Shown: positions 27,716 to 37,091 of the stretch, piece by piece
Layout of the letters: every line of letters begins with the position of its first letter
Position numbering within the stretch: position 1 is the stretch's first letter
Origin: Acidimicrobiaceae bacterium
Lineage (GTDB): Bacteria > Actinomycetota > Acidimicrobiia > Acidimicrobiales > RAAP-2
Length of the DNA stretch: 64,000 nt
Assembly (NCBI GenBank): GCA_027306585.1
Contig: DAHUZJ010000021.1
Span: 3,564 to 67,563 of the forward strand
Direction: 5' to 3'
Notes under the pieces: generated by a model
What the model saw: the letters and a program-made list of their open reading frames with translations, nothing else
What the model was told of the DNA's origin: nothing
The model's database searches: none
Translations under genes and position numbers: made by a program

Positions 27716-30552
27716 ACCGCCCCCTGTACCGGTACGGCTCCTCGTTCACGGACCGGGGGAGCGGTCTACGGTTCGAGGCCCACCACCCGGCCACCCGACC
27801 CGACCGCTGGAGGGCCTACGTCGACGGCGTGGCGCGCGAGTACGAGCGCTACGGGATCGGCGAGATCATCGACAGGGCGGCCCTGGAGCGCGGCGACGGG
27901 GTATCGGTGTTCTTCGTCGGCGTCGATGCCGACGATCAGGTCGTCGCCGGGCTGCGCTGTCACGGTCCTCTCGACGAAGCCGCGTCGGCCCAGGCCCTGG
28001 CCGAGGTGGCCCGCTCCCCGGAGTGGGCGGAGCACCGCCAAGCGATCGCCGCGCTGACACCCCACGGCGTCGTCGAGATCAAGGGCGCATGGCGCCAGCT
28101 GAGTGGCGACGGGAACCACCAGGTGACGAAGGCCATGGCCCGCTGCTGTGTGCACGCGGCCGAGTGGCTCGGGGCCGAGGTGCTGCTGGCCTCGGTCGCC
28201 GATCGAATGCGCCCGCTCATGGCAGGCGTCGGCAGCCTCATGATGGGAAAGGAGTCAGCGCCGTACCCGAGCGACCGCTACCGGACGATCCTCACGCAGC
28301 TCCGGCGTTCCCAGACGTGCCGAGAGATGGAGCCGCAGGTCGCGCAGCTTCTGCGGCAGGACGCCGAGGACCTGCGACGTAGCTCGCTCGATGGTCCACC
28401 CACGGGCTGGCGACCGATCGTCCTCGACCCTCGGCAACGCGCCGATCGCCAGATACTGGTGACCTTGCGCAGCGATCCCGGCGTCTTCGTGATCGACGCA
28501 CTGGACTGCCAGCGCAAGGAGCTCGCACAACTGCTGCCGACGCCGACCGCTCCCCTCATGAGCGAGGCACCACGCCACGTCTACTACCCGTGGCGACGGG
28601 TCCTCGTCAAGATACTGGGCCCCGAGTCGTTCCGCGCGGTACGCCTGGACCGCAACCGCAACCGGATCACGCGTGCCGAGCAAGACCGCCTCCGGCGCCA
28701 GCGTGTGGGGATCGTGGGGCTCAGCTCCGGCCACGCCGTCGCCACCACCCTCGCGCTGGAGGGGCTGTGCGGGGAGCTGCGGTTGGCCGACTTCGACGAC
28801 ATCGGGCTCACCAACTTGAACCGGATACCGGCGTCGATCTTCGACGTCGGCGTCAACAAGGCCGTGGTGGCCGCACGCCGGGTGTCCGAGATCGACCCGT
28901 ACCTTCCCGTGCAGATCGTGCCGGACGGGCTCACCGTCGACAACGTCGACGCGTTCGCGGCAGGGCTCGACCTGGTCATCGAGCAGTGCGATGAGATCGG
29001 CATGAAGGTCCTCGTGCGCGAGATCGCCCGTCGTCAAGGTGTGCCGGTCGTGATGGAGACGAGCGACCGGGGACTGCTGGACGTCGAGCGCTTCGACCTC
29101 GAGCCGGAGCGCCCGCTCTTCCACGGGCTCCTCGGTGATGTCACCGCCGAGCAGCTGCGGTCGCTGTCGACCGAGGAGAAGATCCCGCACGTCTTGGCGA
29201 TCGTAGAGCCCGACAAGGCGTCGGCCCGTGGAGCTGCGTCACTGGCGGAGATCGGGCGGACCCTCACCACCTGGCCACAGCTCGGATCCGACGTAACGCT
29301 CGGCGGAGCGTCGGTGGCCGCGGCCGTGCGCCAGATCGGCCTCGGGGTTCGGGTCCCGTCGGGCAGGACCCGGGTGGACATCGACGCCGCGCTGGCCACG
29401 CTCGAGAGCCCAGGAGGCGGTGCCCGGGACGAGCTCCGCGACGCCGACGACGTCCCGGCGGAGCAGCCCGCGGGGACTGCCGGCGCTGCGTGGGCTCCCC
29501 CCAGGGACCCCGTGCTGTCCATCGTGCACGCTGCGACGATGGCGCCCTCGTGCGGGAACGGACAGCCGTGGCAGTTCGCCCTCGATGACCGGCGTCTCGA
29601 CGTAGAGCTCGTGCGTGCCAGGGGTTGTGGCGTCATGGACGTGGGGTCGCGGGCGAGCTACGTGGGGCTTGGTGCGGCCATCTTCAATGCCCGGGTGGCG
29701 GCGGCGCGGGTCAACCGCCTCGGTGCCGTGCACCTCTTTCCGCACGGGCCGAGCTCGGATGTCGTCGCCACGCTTGCCCTCGAGGGGGGGAGCGACGACG
29801 AGCTCGCCGACCTCTACGCGCCGATGTTGCAGCGATGCTCCAACCGTCGTCATGGTCAGCCCGCTCCGCTCGATCTCGCCGTCGGTGGACAGCTCGTGGG
29901 CGCCGCGACGGCCGAAGGTGCGACGCTCCACCTGGTCACCGACCCGGAACGCTTGGCGGAGTGCGCCGAGGTCCTGCGTGCTGCCGAACGGATCCGCTTC
30001 CTCACGGCGGCGCTCCGGAATGAGACGATGCGCGAGATGCGTTGGCCCGGGGGGGACGTGCGCAGAGGAATCGACGTCGCCACGCTCGAGCTGTCGAGCT
30101 TCGAGATGTCGTCGTTGCAGCTCATGCGCCGCCACGACGTGATGGAGCTGCTCGACCGTTGGGACGCGGGAGATGCCTTGGGCGACTACCTCAAGTCGGC
30201 CGTGCTCTCGAGCTCGGCGATCGCCGTCGTCTCGATGTCGAACCAGGCCCCGGCGGCGTACGTCACCGGCGGGATGGCGTTGGAGCGGGTGTGGATCGAG
30301 GTGCAGCGCCTGGGGCTGGCGGTGCACGCCATCGCCCCGTCGTTCCTTTACGCGGTCCAGGCCGCCGACTACGAGAAGTTGGTCGGTGCCCGGTGGGCGG
30401 ATGAGCTGCGCACGCTCTCGGAGCGGTTCCGGTCCGTCGTGAGCATCGAGCCCACGGCAGCGCTCGCGCTGGTGCTGCGTCTCAGCCATGCGCCGCCGCC
30501 GACGGCTCGCAGCATACGGCTCGGTGTGGACGAGGTGCTGCGGCGCAAATAG
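27712..30552 (+). CDS. 946-aa fusion: N-terminal GNAT-like domain (tentative) + Rv1355c-family E1/ThiF-like domain + Acg-type nitroreductase-like domain
   Basis: The middle reads YYPWRRVLVKILGPESFRAVRLDRNRNRITRAEQDRL..VGIVGLSSGHAVATTLALEGLCGELRLADFDDIGLTNLNRIP. The C-terminus has MAPSCGNGQPWQF and a tandem nitroreductase-like fold. About 230 aa at the N-terminus are extra relative to the 715-aa Rv1355c layout. Confidence 0.65.
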   Translation: MNRPLYRYGSSFTDRGSGLRFEAHHPATRPDRWRAYVDGVAREYERYGIGEIIDRAALERGDGVSVFFVGVDADDQVVAGLRCHGPLDEAASAQALAEVARSPEWAEHRQAIAALTPHGVVEIKGAWRQLSGDGNHQVTKAMARCCVHAAEWLGAEVLLASVADRMRPLMAGVGSLMMGKESAPYPSDRYRTILTQLRRSQTCREMEPQVAQLLRQDAEDLRRSSLDGPPTGWRPIVLDPRQRADRQILVTLRSDPGVFVIDALDCQRKELAQLLPTPTAPLMSEAPRHVYYPWRRVLVKILGPESFRAVRLDRNRNRITRAEQDRLRRQRVGIVGLSSGHAVATTLALEGLCGELRLADFDDIGLTNLNRIPASIFDVGVNKAVVAARRVSEIDPYLPVQIVPDGLTVDNVDAFAAGLDLVIEQCDEIGMKVLVREIARRQGVPVVMETSDRGLLDVERFDLEPERPLFHGLLGDVTAEQLRSLSTEEKIPHVLAIVEPDKASARGAASLAEIGRTLTTWPQLGSDVTLGGASVAAAVRQIGLGVRVPSGRTRVDIDAALATLESPGGGARDELRDADDVPAEQPAGTAGAAWAPPRDPVLSIVHAATMAPSCGNGQPWQFALDDRRLDVELVRARGCGVMDVGSRASYVGLGAAIFNARVAAARVNRLGAVHLFPHGPSSDVVATLALEGGSDDELADLYAPMLQRCSNRRHGQPAPLDLAVGGQLVGAATAEGATLHLVTDPERLAECAEVLRAAERIRFLTAALRNETMREMRWPGGDVRRGIDVATLELSSFEMSSLQLMRRHDVMELLDRWDAGDALGDYLKSAVLSSSAIAVVSMSNQAPAAYVTGGMALERVWIEVQRLGLAVHAIAPSFLYAVQAADYEKLVGARWADELRTLSERFRSVVSIEPTAALALVLRLSHAPPPTARSIRLGVDEVLRRK

Positions 30553-30613
30553 GCATGCACACGCGTCGCCGGAGCGCCCCACCCGAGCGATCGAGTGCCA
30601 GCGTGGACAGGGG

Positions 30614-30642
30614 TCGACGCGCGGGTTGTGACCGGGTATCAT
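30614..30642 (+). promoter_or_regulatory. candidate promoter of the first GGDEF-EAL gene
   Basis: -35-like TCGACG (30614-30619), a 17-nt spacer and -10 TATCAT (30637-30642). It sits in a locally AT-richer patch. Confidence 0.3.
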
Positions 30643-30672
30643 CAGTTGACCTATTGCTTGGGGATGGGAACC

Positions 30673-32943
30673 ATGAGCGTAGAGTCAGCTAGCGGGGACA
30701 ATCGGACGCGGGAGAGCAACACCATTGATCTCCTCGCGGCAGTCGTGCGTTTGCTCGAGGGTGCGGTCGCCGCGACCATCGTGCCGCGCGCGGAGTTCAG
30801 CAGCCCGATCGTATGGGCAGATCTCGCCAACGCAGATGTCGCCGCGGGGTTGGGCTCGCTCGCCGCGCGCTGCTTCGCGGACTGCGGTCCATGGGGCGAG
30901 AGCGCCGCCGACGGTTGGACGGGTTGGGTGGAGCCAATCGCCGACGTCGACGGTGAAGGCCCTCCGGTTGGTGTCCTGGCGTTCGCCGTGCGTGACCGGC
31001 CGAGCTTGGACGCCAACGAGCAGACGACCGTTGCGTTGTTCGCTCGATTGTGCGGCGTCGTCCTGGCGTCGCCGGTTGCGACAGAACAGGCGACACAGCG
31101 GCTTCGGCTGGACGAGCTGGTCTCCACGATCAGCGAGCGTCTGATGGTGACGACGGGACCGAACCTCGAGGCGGCACTGGACTGGACGGTGGAGCACCTG
31201 TGCCGGTTCCTGGGGGCGGACGTGGCCTTCTTGCGGCGCAACGACCGGGCCCAGGACGTCAGCGTCCTCATGGCGTTCTATCCCCCGCGGAACATGCCGA
31301 TCGAAGACGACCCGCTCGGCATCGTTCCCTTCGACGCAGACCCCATCTTCGCTGCCACGAAGGACCTGAAGATCCCGCTCATCGTCCGCAACGCGGCCGA
31401 GACCGACGATCGCTACCTGCAGCGCGTGAAGGACGCGGGCCAGAGCATCGACTTCACGGGTGCGGCGGCTCCCTTGGTGCACGGTGACACGACCGAAGGC
31501 ATCTTGGCCTTCGTCTACCTGTCCGAGTACTGGTGGTCGGAGCGCGAGGTCAACGCGCTTCGCACCATTGCCGCCTTGCTGGTCCAACTGCTGCACCGTG
31601 TGGACGCGGAGGACCGCCTGTGGCACAGCGCGTTGACCGATGAGCTGACCGGCCTCGCCAATCGGCGCGCCCTCTTCGCGGAGGTGGCGCGCCGCCAGCG
31701 CTCGCCGGGGAGCTCGATCGCCCTTCTGTTCATGGACCTCGACAGGTTCAAGGTGATGAACGACCACTTGGGGCACGGTGCCGGTGACAGAGTCCTCCAG
31801 GTGATCGCCGACCGGATCCGCACGTCGCTGCGACCATCGGACTTTGCGGCCCGGCTGGGTGGCGACGAATTCGTCGTGGTGCTCGACGAGACAGGCGGGG
31901 GCTTGGCGGCCACGGCCGCAGGCAACCGCCTCCTCGAGGTCATCTCGTCACCGATCGATGTCGACGGTCAGCGCGTGACGCACACCGGCAGCGTCGGCAT
32001 CGCGTTGTGCAGTGACAGCTCGCTCGGAGGAGAGGAGCTGCTCGGGCAGGCCGACGTCGCTCTGTACGCCGCCAAGTCGCAGGGTCGCAACCGCGTGGTC
32101 GTCTTCGACCATGAGCTCGAGCAGAGGGTGGCCAAGCGCTCGAGCACGGAGCTCGAACTGCGCCAGACGTTCACTGAGCACGCGTTGCGGCTCGCCTATC
32201 AGCCCGAGGTCGACCTTCGCACGGGCAAGCTGCTCGCCGTCGAGGCGTTGGTGCGCTGGCAGCGCCACGGCGAGCTCGCCGAGGCGAGCCAGTTCATCCC
32301 GGTCGCCGAAGAGACGAACCTCATCACGGACATCGACCGATGGGTCCTCGACGAGGCGTGCGCCCAGATGGCGGCGTGGTCGCTGGCCCATCCGCACCTC
32401 GACCACTTGGTCGTGCGAGTCAACATCTCTCCCGTCCAGCTGGCGGTGAACGGGCTCGCGCGAATGGTGGCCGACTGCCTGCACAACTCCGGTCTCGCTC
32501 CCGAGCGACTCTGTCTCGAGATCACCGAGCAGGCCGTGATCGGCGACATCGAGCAGGTCGTCCGGGTGCTGCACGATGTTCGGGGGATGGGCGTGCAGCT
32601 GGCGGTCGACGATTTCGGCACCGGGTTCTCGTCGATGATCCAGCTCAAGAACCTTCCGGTCGATGTCCTGAAGGTCGATCGGGTGTTCGTGGACCGCATC
32701 GCGGAGGACGCGGGCGACCAGGCCATCGTGGAGGCCATCGTCCGCCTGGCCACGGCCTTCGAGCTGGACGTGGTGGGCGAAGGGGTGGAACGCCTCGCCG
32801 ACATGGAGACGCTCGTGCAGCTGGGATGCCTCCGGGCGCAGGGCTACCTGCTCGCCCGGCCGCTCCCACCTCTGGCGCTCGAGCCACTGTTCGCGCGTGG
32901 CGGCATCGATCTCGCTTCGATTGGGGCGTCGGCGCCGGCGTGA
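30673..32943 (+). CDS. GAF-GAF-GGDEF-EAL protein (diguanylate cyclase/phosphodiesterase), paralog 1
   Basis: RPSDFAARLGGDEFVV carries an intact GGDEF with an RxxD I-site. The EAL side has AVEALVRW, DDFGTGFSS, KVDR and GEGVE. The start could be ATG 30664 or 30673. Confidence 0.9.
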   Translation: MSVESASGDNRTRESNTIDLLAAVVRLLEGAVAATIVPRAEFSSPIVWADLANADVAAGLGSLAARCFADCGPWGESAADGWTGWVEPIADVDGEGPPVGVLAFAVRDRPSLDANEQTTVALFARLCGVVLASPVATEQATQRLRLDELVSTISERLMVTTGPNLEAALDWTVEHLCRFLGADVAFLRRNDRAQDVSVLMAFYPPRNMPIEDDPLGIVPFDADPIFAATKDLKIPLIVRNAAETDDRYLQRVKDAGQSIDFTGAAAPLVHGDTTEGILAFVYLSEYWWSEREVNALRTIAALLVQLLHRVDAEDRLWHSALTDELTGLANRRALFAEVARRQRSPGSSIALLFMDLDRFKVMNDHLGHGAGDRVLQVIADRIRTSLRPSDFAARLGGDEFVVVLDETGGGLAATAAGNRLLEVISSPIDVDGQRVTHTGSVGIALCSDSSLGGEELLGQADVALYAAKSQGRNRVVVFDHELEQRVAKRSSTELELRQTFTEHALRLAYQPEVDLRTGKLLAVEALVRWQRHGELAEASQFIPVAEETNLITDIDRWVLDEACAQMAAWSLAHPHLDHLVVRVNISPVQLAVNGLARMVADCLHNSGLAPERLCLEITEQAVIGDIEQVVRVLHDVRGMGVQLAVDDFGTGFSSMIQLKNLPVDVLKVDRVFVDRIAEDAGDQAIVEAIVRLATAFELDVVGEGVERLADMETLVQLGCLRAQGYLLARPLPPLALEPLFARGGIDLASIGASAPA

Positions 32944-33150
32944 CCGGTTGAGCCGCGCCCGGGTGTGCTCCGCCCCGGCCCGGACCGTGCTGAGCCGGCC
33001 GGTCGTCCTCGCTCCCGGACACCCACCTCTGGCGGTGGTGCCGGTGCCGTCACTACGCAGGGCTGGCGTGACGTTGCGCCTGGAAGTAGCATTGACGTGG
33101 GGTCGCTGTCACCGGGGGACGTGGCGGCGAAATGGGATGGGGACAATGTG

Positions 33151-35472
33151 ATGAGATCGGAACCACCGGTCATCAATGACCGCCTTGGGACGCTGCTGGC
33201 CGCCACCGTTCGCCTGATGCGCGGCGCAGTCGCTGCAGCCGTGGTGTCAGCATCCGGCAACGAAGCTCCCGCGGGCTGGGCTACCACCGAAGTCGCCGGG
33301 CTGGCGGAGGAATTGCGCGCCGTGGTGAGCAAGCGGCTCGACACCGTGGGCCCCTGGGGGGCCTTGCTCCTGGCGGGATCGCCCGAGCGGACCGTGTGGA
33401 TCGAGCCGATCGCGGGTCACGGCCCGTCCGACGCCGAGGGTCACGCGCTCCAATACCTCGAGGGTCCGAGCGGTACCGACCGCGTGATCGGAGCGCTTGC
33501 CGTCGCGTTCGAAGGCTCCTTTCCCGCGCTCACCGGCGAGGAGGGCAAGACCGTACGGCTGCTGGCGCGCCTCTGCGGCGGAGCCAGTTTCGGCGTGCAG
33601 CACGTGGAAGACGTCGCCGATCAGCGTCAGCTGGACGACCTGGTCTCGCGGATCAGCGAGCGGTTGATGTCGACGACATCGTCCTCACTTCGAGAGAACC
33701 TCGACTGGACGGTCGAGACCTTGTCCCGGTACCTGGGGGCGTCGGCAGGCTTCCTGCGCCGCAACGACCACGCCGCCGACACCAGCATCCTGGTGGCCGA
33801 GTACCCGCGGCGAGACCTCGACGCGGACAGCGACCCGTTGGCGGTGGTGCCCTTCGACGCCGATTCCATCTTCGCGGCGACCCGAGACTTCAAGGCTCCT
33901 CTCGTCATCCACGACCCGAGCGCGGTGAGCGTTGATTATGCGGAGAGAGTGGCGTCGGCGACTGGGCTGAGGGTGTTCACGGCCGCCGGGGTACCCCTCG
34001 TCCACGCCGACGTCACCGAGGGCTGCCTCGGCTTCGTGTTCGGGTCGCAGTTCGATTGGTCGGAGCCCGAGCTCAACGCCGTGCGCGCGGTCGGTTCCCT
34101 GCTCGTGCAACTGCTGCACCGGATCGACGCCGAAGAGCGACTCCGCCACAGCGCGATGACCGACGAGCTGACGGGCCTCGCCAACCGGCGGGCGCTGCTC
34201 GACGAGGTCAGCCGTTGTCCGATGAGCCCGCGGCACCCGTTGGCGATGCTCTTCCTCGACCTCGACCGTTTCAAGGTCATGAACGACTTCCTCGGCCACC
34301 GTGCCGGCGACAAGCTGCTCTGCGTGATCGCCGATCGAATCCGTACGTCGTTGCGCCCGACGGACTTCGCCGCCCGACTGGGCGGCGACGAGTTCGTCGT
34401 CCTGCTCGAGGACGGCGGCGACATCCTTGGCGCAGTGGCCGCAGCGGAGCGGCTCCTCGAGTTGATCGCCCTCCCGATCGACATCGGGGGGCGGAGCGTG
34501 ACCCACACGGGGAGCATCGGCGTCGCTGTCGGTGACCATCCCACCATGAGCGGCGAGAAGCTGCTCGGTCATGCCGACATCGCCATGTACGCCGCCAAGT
34601 CGCAGGGTCGGAACCAGATCGTCGTCTTCGACGCCGGACTGGAGGCTCGTGTGGCGAACCGCTCGAACACCGAGCTCTTGCTGCGCAAGGCCATGGCCAA
34701 CGAAGAGTTCGAGGTCTACTACCAACCGGAGTTCGATCTGCTTACGGGCCGCCTTCTCGCCGTCGAGGCGTTGCTCCGGTGGCACCGCGAGGGCCATGGC
34801 GTCGTCGGAGCCGGCGAGTTCATCCCGGTGGCGGAGGAGACCCACCTCATCACGGAGATCGACCGCTGGGTGCTCGAGCAGGCCTGCAGCCAGCTGGCGA
34901 GGTGGCGTCGGGAGTACCCCGCGGTCCAGCTCGATGTGCGAGTCAACATGTCACCGGCCCAGTTGGTGATGCCAGGGGTCGTGCAGACGGTGCAGCGATC
35001 GTTGCGGCGTTCGGGTCTTCCGGCCGAGCTGCTCTGTCTCGAGATCACTGAGCAGGCCATGATCAGCGACATCGACCAAGCCGTCCACATTCTTCGCGAC
35101 GTGCGCCGGCTCGGCGTTCAGCTGGCCATCGACGACTTCGGCACCGGCTACAGCTCGATGGTGCAATTGAAGAACCTGCCGGTGAACGCGCTCAAGATCG
35201 ACCGCGAGTTCGTGGACGGCATCGCCGACGACCTCACCGACCAGGCGATCGTGGACTCGGTCGTGCGCCTCGCCCGGGCCTTCCGGCTCGAGGTGGTGGC
35301 AGAGGGCGTGGAGACCGTGCCCGACCTGCAGACGCTCGTGCGGCTGGGTTGCCGCCGGGCACAGGGGTTCCTCCTGGCGAAGCCGATGCCAGCATCCGAG
35401 GTGGCACCGCTCCTCGCTCGGCGGGGCATCGACCTCGTCGCGCTCACGGCGCCCGCCGGCGCCCGCCACTGA
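33151..35472 (+). CDS. GAF-GAF-GGDEF-EAL protein, paralog 2
   Basis: It is colinear with paralog 1 (RPTDFAARLGGDEFVV, AVEALLRW, DDFGTGYSS, KIDR, AEGVE). An in-frame upstream GTG at 33097 or 33121 is possible, because the GDN motif conserved with paralog 1 lies upstream of ATG 33151. Confidence 0.9.
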   Translation: MRSEPPVINDRLGTLLAATVRLMRGAVAAAVVSASGNEAPAGWATTEVAGLAEELRAVVSKRLDTVGPWGALLLAGSPERTVWIEPIAGHGPSDAEGHALQYLEGPSGTDRVIGALAVAFEGSFPALTGEEGKTVRLLARLCGGASFGVQHVEDVADQRQLDDLVSRISERLMSTTSSSLRENLDWTVETLSRYLGASAGFLRRNDHAADTSILVAEYPRRDLDADSDPLAVVPFDADSIFAATRDFKAPLVIHDPSAVSVDYAERVASATGLRVFTAAGVPLVHADVTEGCLGFVFGSQFDWSEPELNAVRAVGSLLVQLLHRIDAEERLRHSAMTDELTGLANRRALLDEVSRCPMSPRHPLAMLFLDLDRFKVMNDFLGHRAGDKLLCVIADRIRTSLRPTDFAARLGGDEFVVLLEDGGDILGAVAAAERLLELIALPIDIGGRSVTHTGSIGVAVGDHPTMSGEKLLGHADIAMYAAKSQGRNQIVVFDAGLEARVANRSNTELLLRKAMANEEFEVYYQPEFDLLTGRLLAVEALLRWHREGHGVVGAGEFIPVAEETHLITEIDRWVLEQACSQLARWRREYPAVQLDVRVNMSPAQLVMPGVVQTVQRSLRRSGLPAELLCLEITEQAMISDIDQAVHILRDVRRLGVQLAIDDFGTGYSSMVQLKNLPVNALKIDREFVDGIADDLTDQAIVDSVVRLARAFRLEVVAEGVETVPDLQTLVRLGCRRAQGFLLAKPMPASEVAPLLARRGIDLVALTAPAGARH

Positions 35473-35699
35473 GCCGCCCGGACCGCTTCGACGGGCTGGC
35501 CGTCCAGGCGAGATCGAGGGAGCCCGGCCCGGCCACGGCGAGCGCTGCGCCGGACCAGCCGGTCGCGGCGCGTCGGCGTCCGCTCCGCACCGTCCCGAGC
35601 TCCCCTCCGGCCGCCGACCGTCGGGGTGCCGGGTGCTGTGCGCCGGGGTTGCCGAATGGTTGCAGAAGCTGCCAGCGTGGCACATCGGGCTGCCGCCGG

Positions 35700-36713
35700 T
35701 CACGATCGTGTGCGGGACCAGGCGAGGAGCCGGCCGAGGGGCCACGTGTTGACGACCCGTGACGGCGGGACCCCTGCGGCCAAGGCCTGCGCGCACCCGT
35801 GGTGCTGCCACTCGAGCTGACCGGGGGCGTGGGCGTCGGTGTCGATCGCCACGAGGCACCCGACGCCCGCCGCTTGGCGGAGGAGGTCCACGGGCGGGTC
35901 GAGGCGCTCGGGCCGGGAGTTCACCTCGACCGCCGTACCCGTGCGGGCGCAGGCTGCGAAGACCGCCTCGGCGTCGAACGCCGACGGCGGCCGGCCGCGT
36001 CCGACGACGAGACGCCCGGTGCAGTGGCCCAGGACGTCGCTGCGAGGGTTCTCGATGGCCGCGACCATGCGCTCGGTCATGGCGTCGGCGTCCATGCGGA
36101 GCTTCGAGTGCACCGACGCCACCACCACGTCGAGCCGGTCCAGCAGGTCCTCGTCCTGGTCCAAGGACCCGTCCACCAGGATGTCCACCTCGATCCCGGC
36201 CAGCAGGCGGAACGGCGCGAGCTCCTCGTTGACCGCCGCCACCGCGTCCAGCTGGCGGCGCAGGCGGTCGGCGTCGAGCCCGTGCGCGACGGTGAGGCGA
36301 GGGCTGTGGTCGGTGAGGGCGAGGTAGTGGTGCCCGAGCGCGGCCGCCGCCCGCGCCATCTCGGAGATCGGGCTCCCACCGTCGGACCAATCCGAGTGGC
36401 TGTGGAGGTCCCCCTGCAAGGCTGCGTGGAGCCGCGCCACCTCCGGGGTGAGCTCGACGCGGTGGCGCTCCTCGAGCACGTGGAGGTAGGGCGGCTCCTC
36501 GCCGCGCAGCGCCGCCTCGACCACGGCGGCCGTCGTGGCCCCCAACCCGGGCAGGTCCGTGAGCCGGCCGGCACCGGCCAGCGCCACCAGCCGCTCGTGC
36601 CCGGTCTCCTCCACCGTCGCCGCCGCCCGCCGGAAGGCGCGCACCTTGTAGGCCTCCGCCCGTTCCGCCTCGAGGAGGTACGCGATCCGCCGGAGGGTAT
36701 CGGCCGCGTTCAC
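35700..36713 (-). CDS. PHP-domain phosphoesterase with an N-terminal helix-hairpin-helix region (PolX C-terminal-like)
   Basis: LTDLPGLGATTA is the HhH. GDLHSHSDWSDG, ALTDHS, SVHS and DTDAH are PHP metal motifs. The GTG start at 36713 overlaps the upstream stop (GTGA). Confidence 0.75.
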   Translation of the reverse strand: MNAADTLRRIAYLLEAERAEAYKVRAFRRAAATVEETGHERLVALAGAGRLTDLPGLGATTAAVVEAALRGEEPPYLHVLEERHRVELTPEVARLHAALQGDLHSHSDWSDGGSPISEMARAAAALGHHYLALTDHSPRLTVAHGLDADRLRRQLDAVAAVNEELAPFRLLAGIEVDILVDGSLDQDEDLLDRLDVVVASVHSKLRMDADAMTERMVAAIENPRSDVLGHCTGRLVVGRGRPPSAFDAEAVFAACARTGTAVEVNSRPERLDPPVDLLRQAAGVGCLVAIDTDAHAPGQLEWQHHGCAQALAAGVPPSRVVNTWPLGRLLAWSRTRS

Positions 36714-37030
36714 GGACGCGCGCACCGCACGCAGCGGTCGGCCGTCGGGCGGGCGGCCAGCCGCTCCTCGCCGATCGGGCCGCCACACGCGGCGCACTGC
36801 TCGTACGTGCCGGCTTCGAGGCGCGCGAGCGCGTGTTCGACCGCCGCCAGGCGGTCCTGGGCGTCGGCGACCAGCGTGGCCACCCGTGCCCGCTCGAAGG
36901 CGACCGTCGAGCCCTCCGGGTCGTGCTCGTCGTCCGCGCCGCCCCCGGCGCTGCGCAGGTCGTCCAGCTCGGCACCGGCGGCCGCCAGCCGCGCCCCCGC
37001 CCGCCGGCGCTCTTCGTCGAGCGCCGCCAT
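36710..37030 (-). CDS. TraR/DksA family C4-type zinc-finger protein
   Basis: 106 aa with a coiled-coil region followed by CAACGGPIGEERLAARPTADRCVRC. Confidence 0.75.
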   Translation of the reverse strand: MAALDEERRRAGARLAAAGAELDDLRSAGGGADDEHDPEGSTVAFERARVATLVADAQDRLAAVEHALARLEAGTYEQCAACGGPIGEERLAARPTADRCVRCARP

Positions 37031-37091
37031 CACCGACCGGCGGCCCACGGGCCCACCGTCCACGCTCCCGTGGGAGCGCGTCGGCCGGCGT

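Noticed and set aside
27770-27778. GGTTCGAGG, resembling a tRNA T-loop
   Set aside because: It lies inside a long, well-supported CDS. I could not build a flanking acceptor or anticodon stem. I saw no tRNA-like cloverleaf anywhere in the window.
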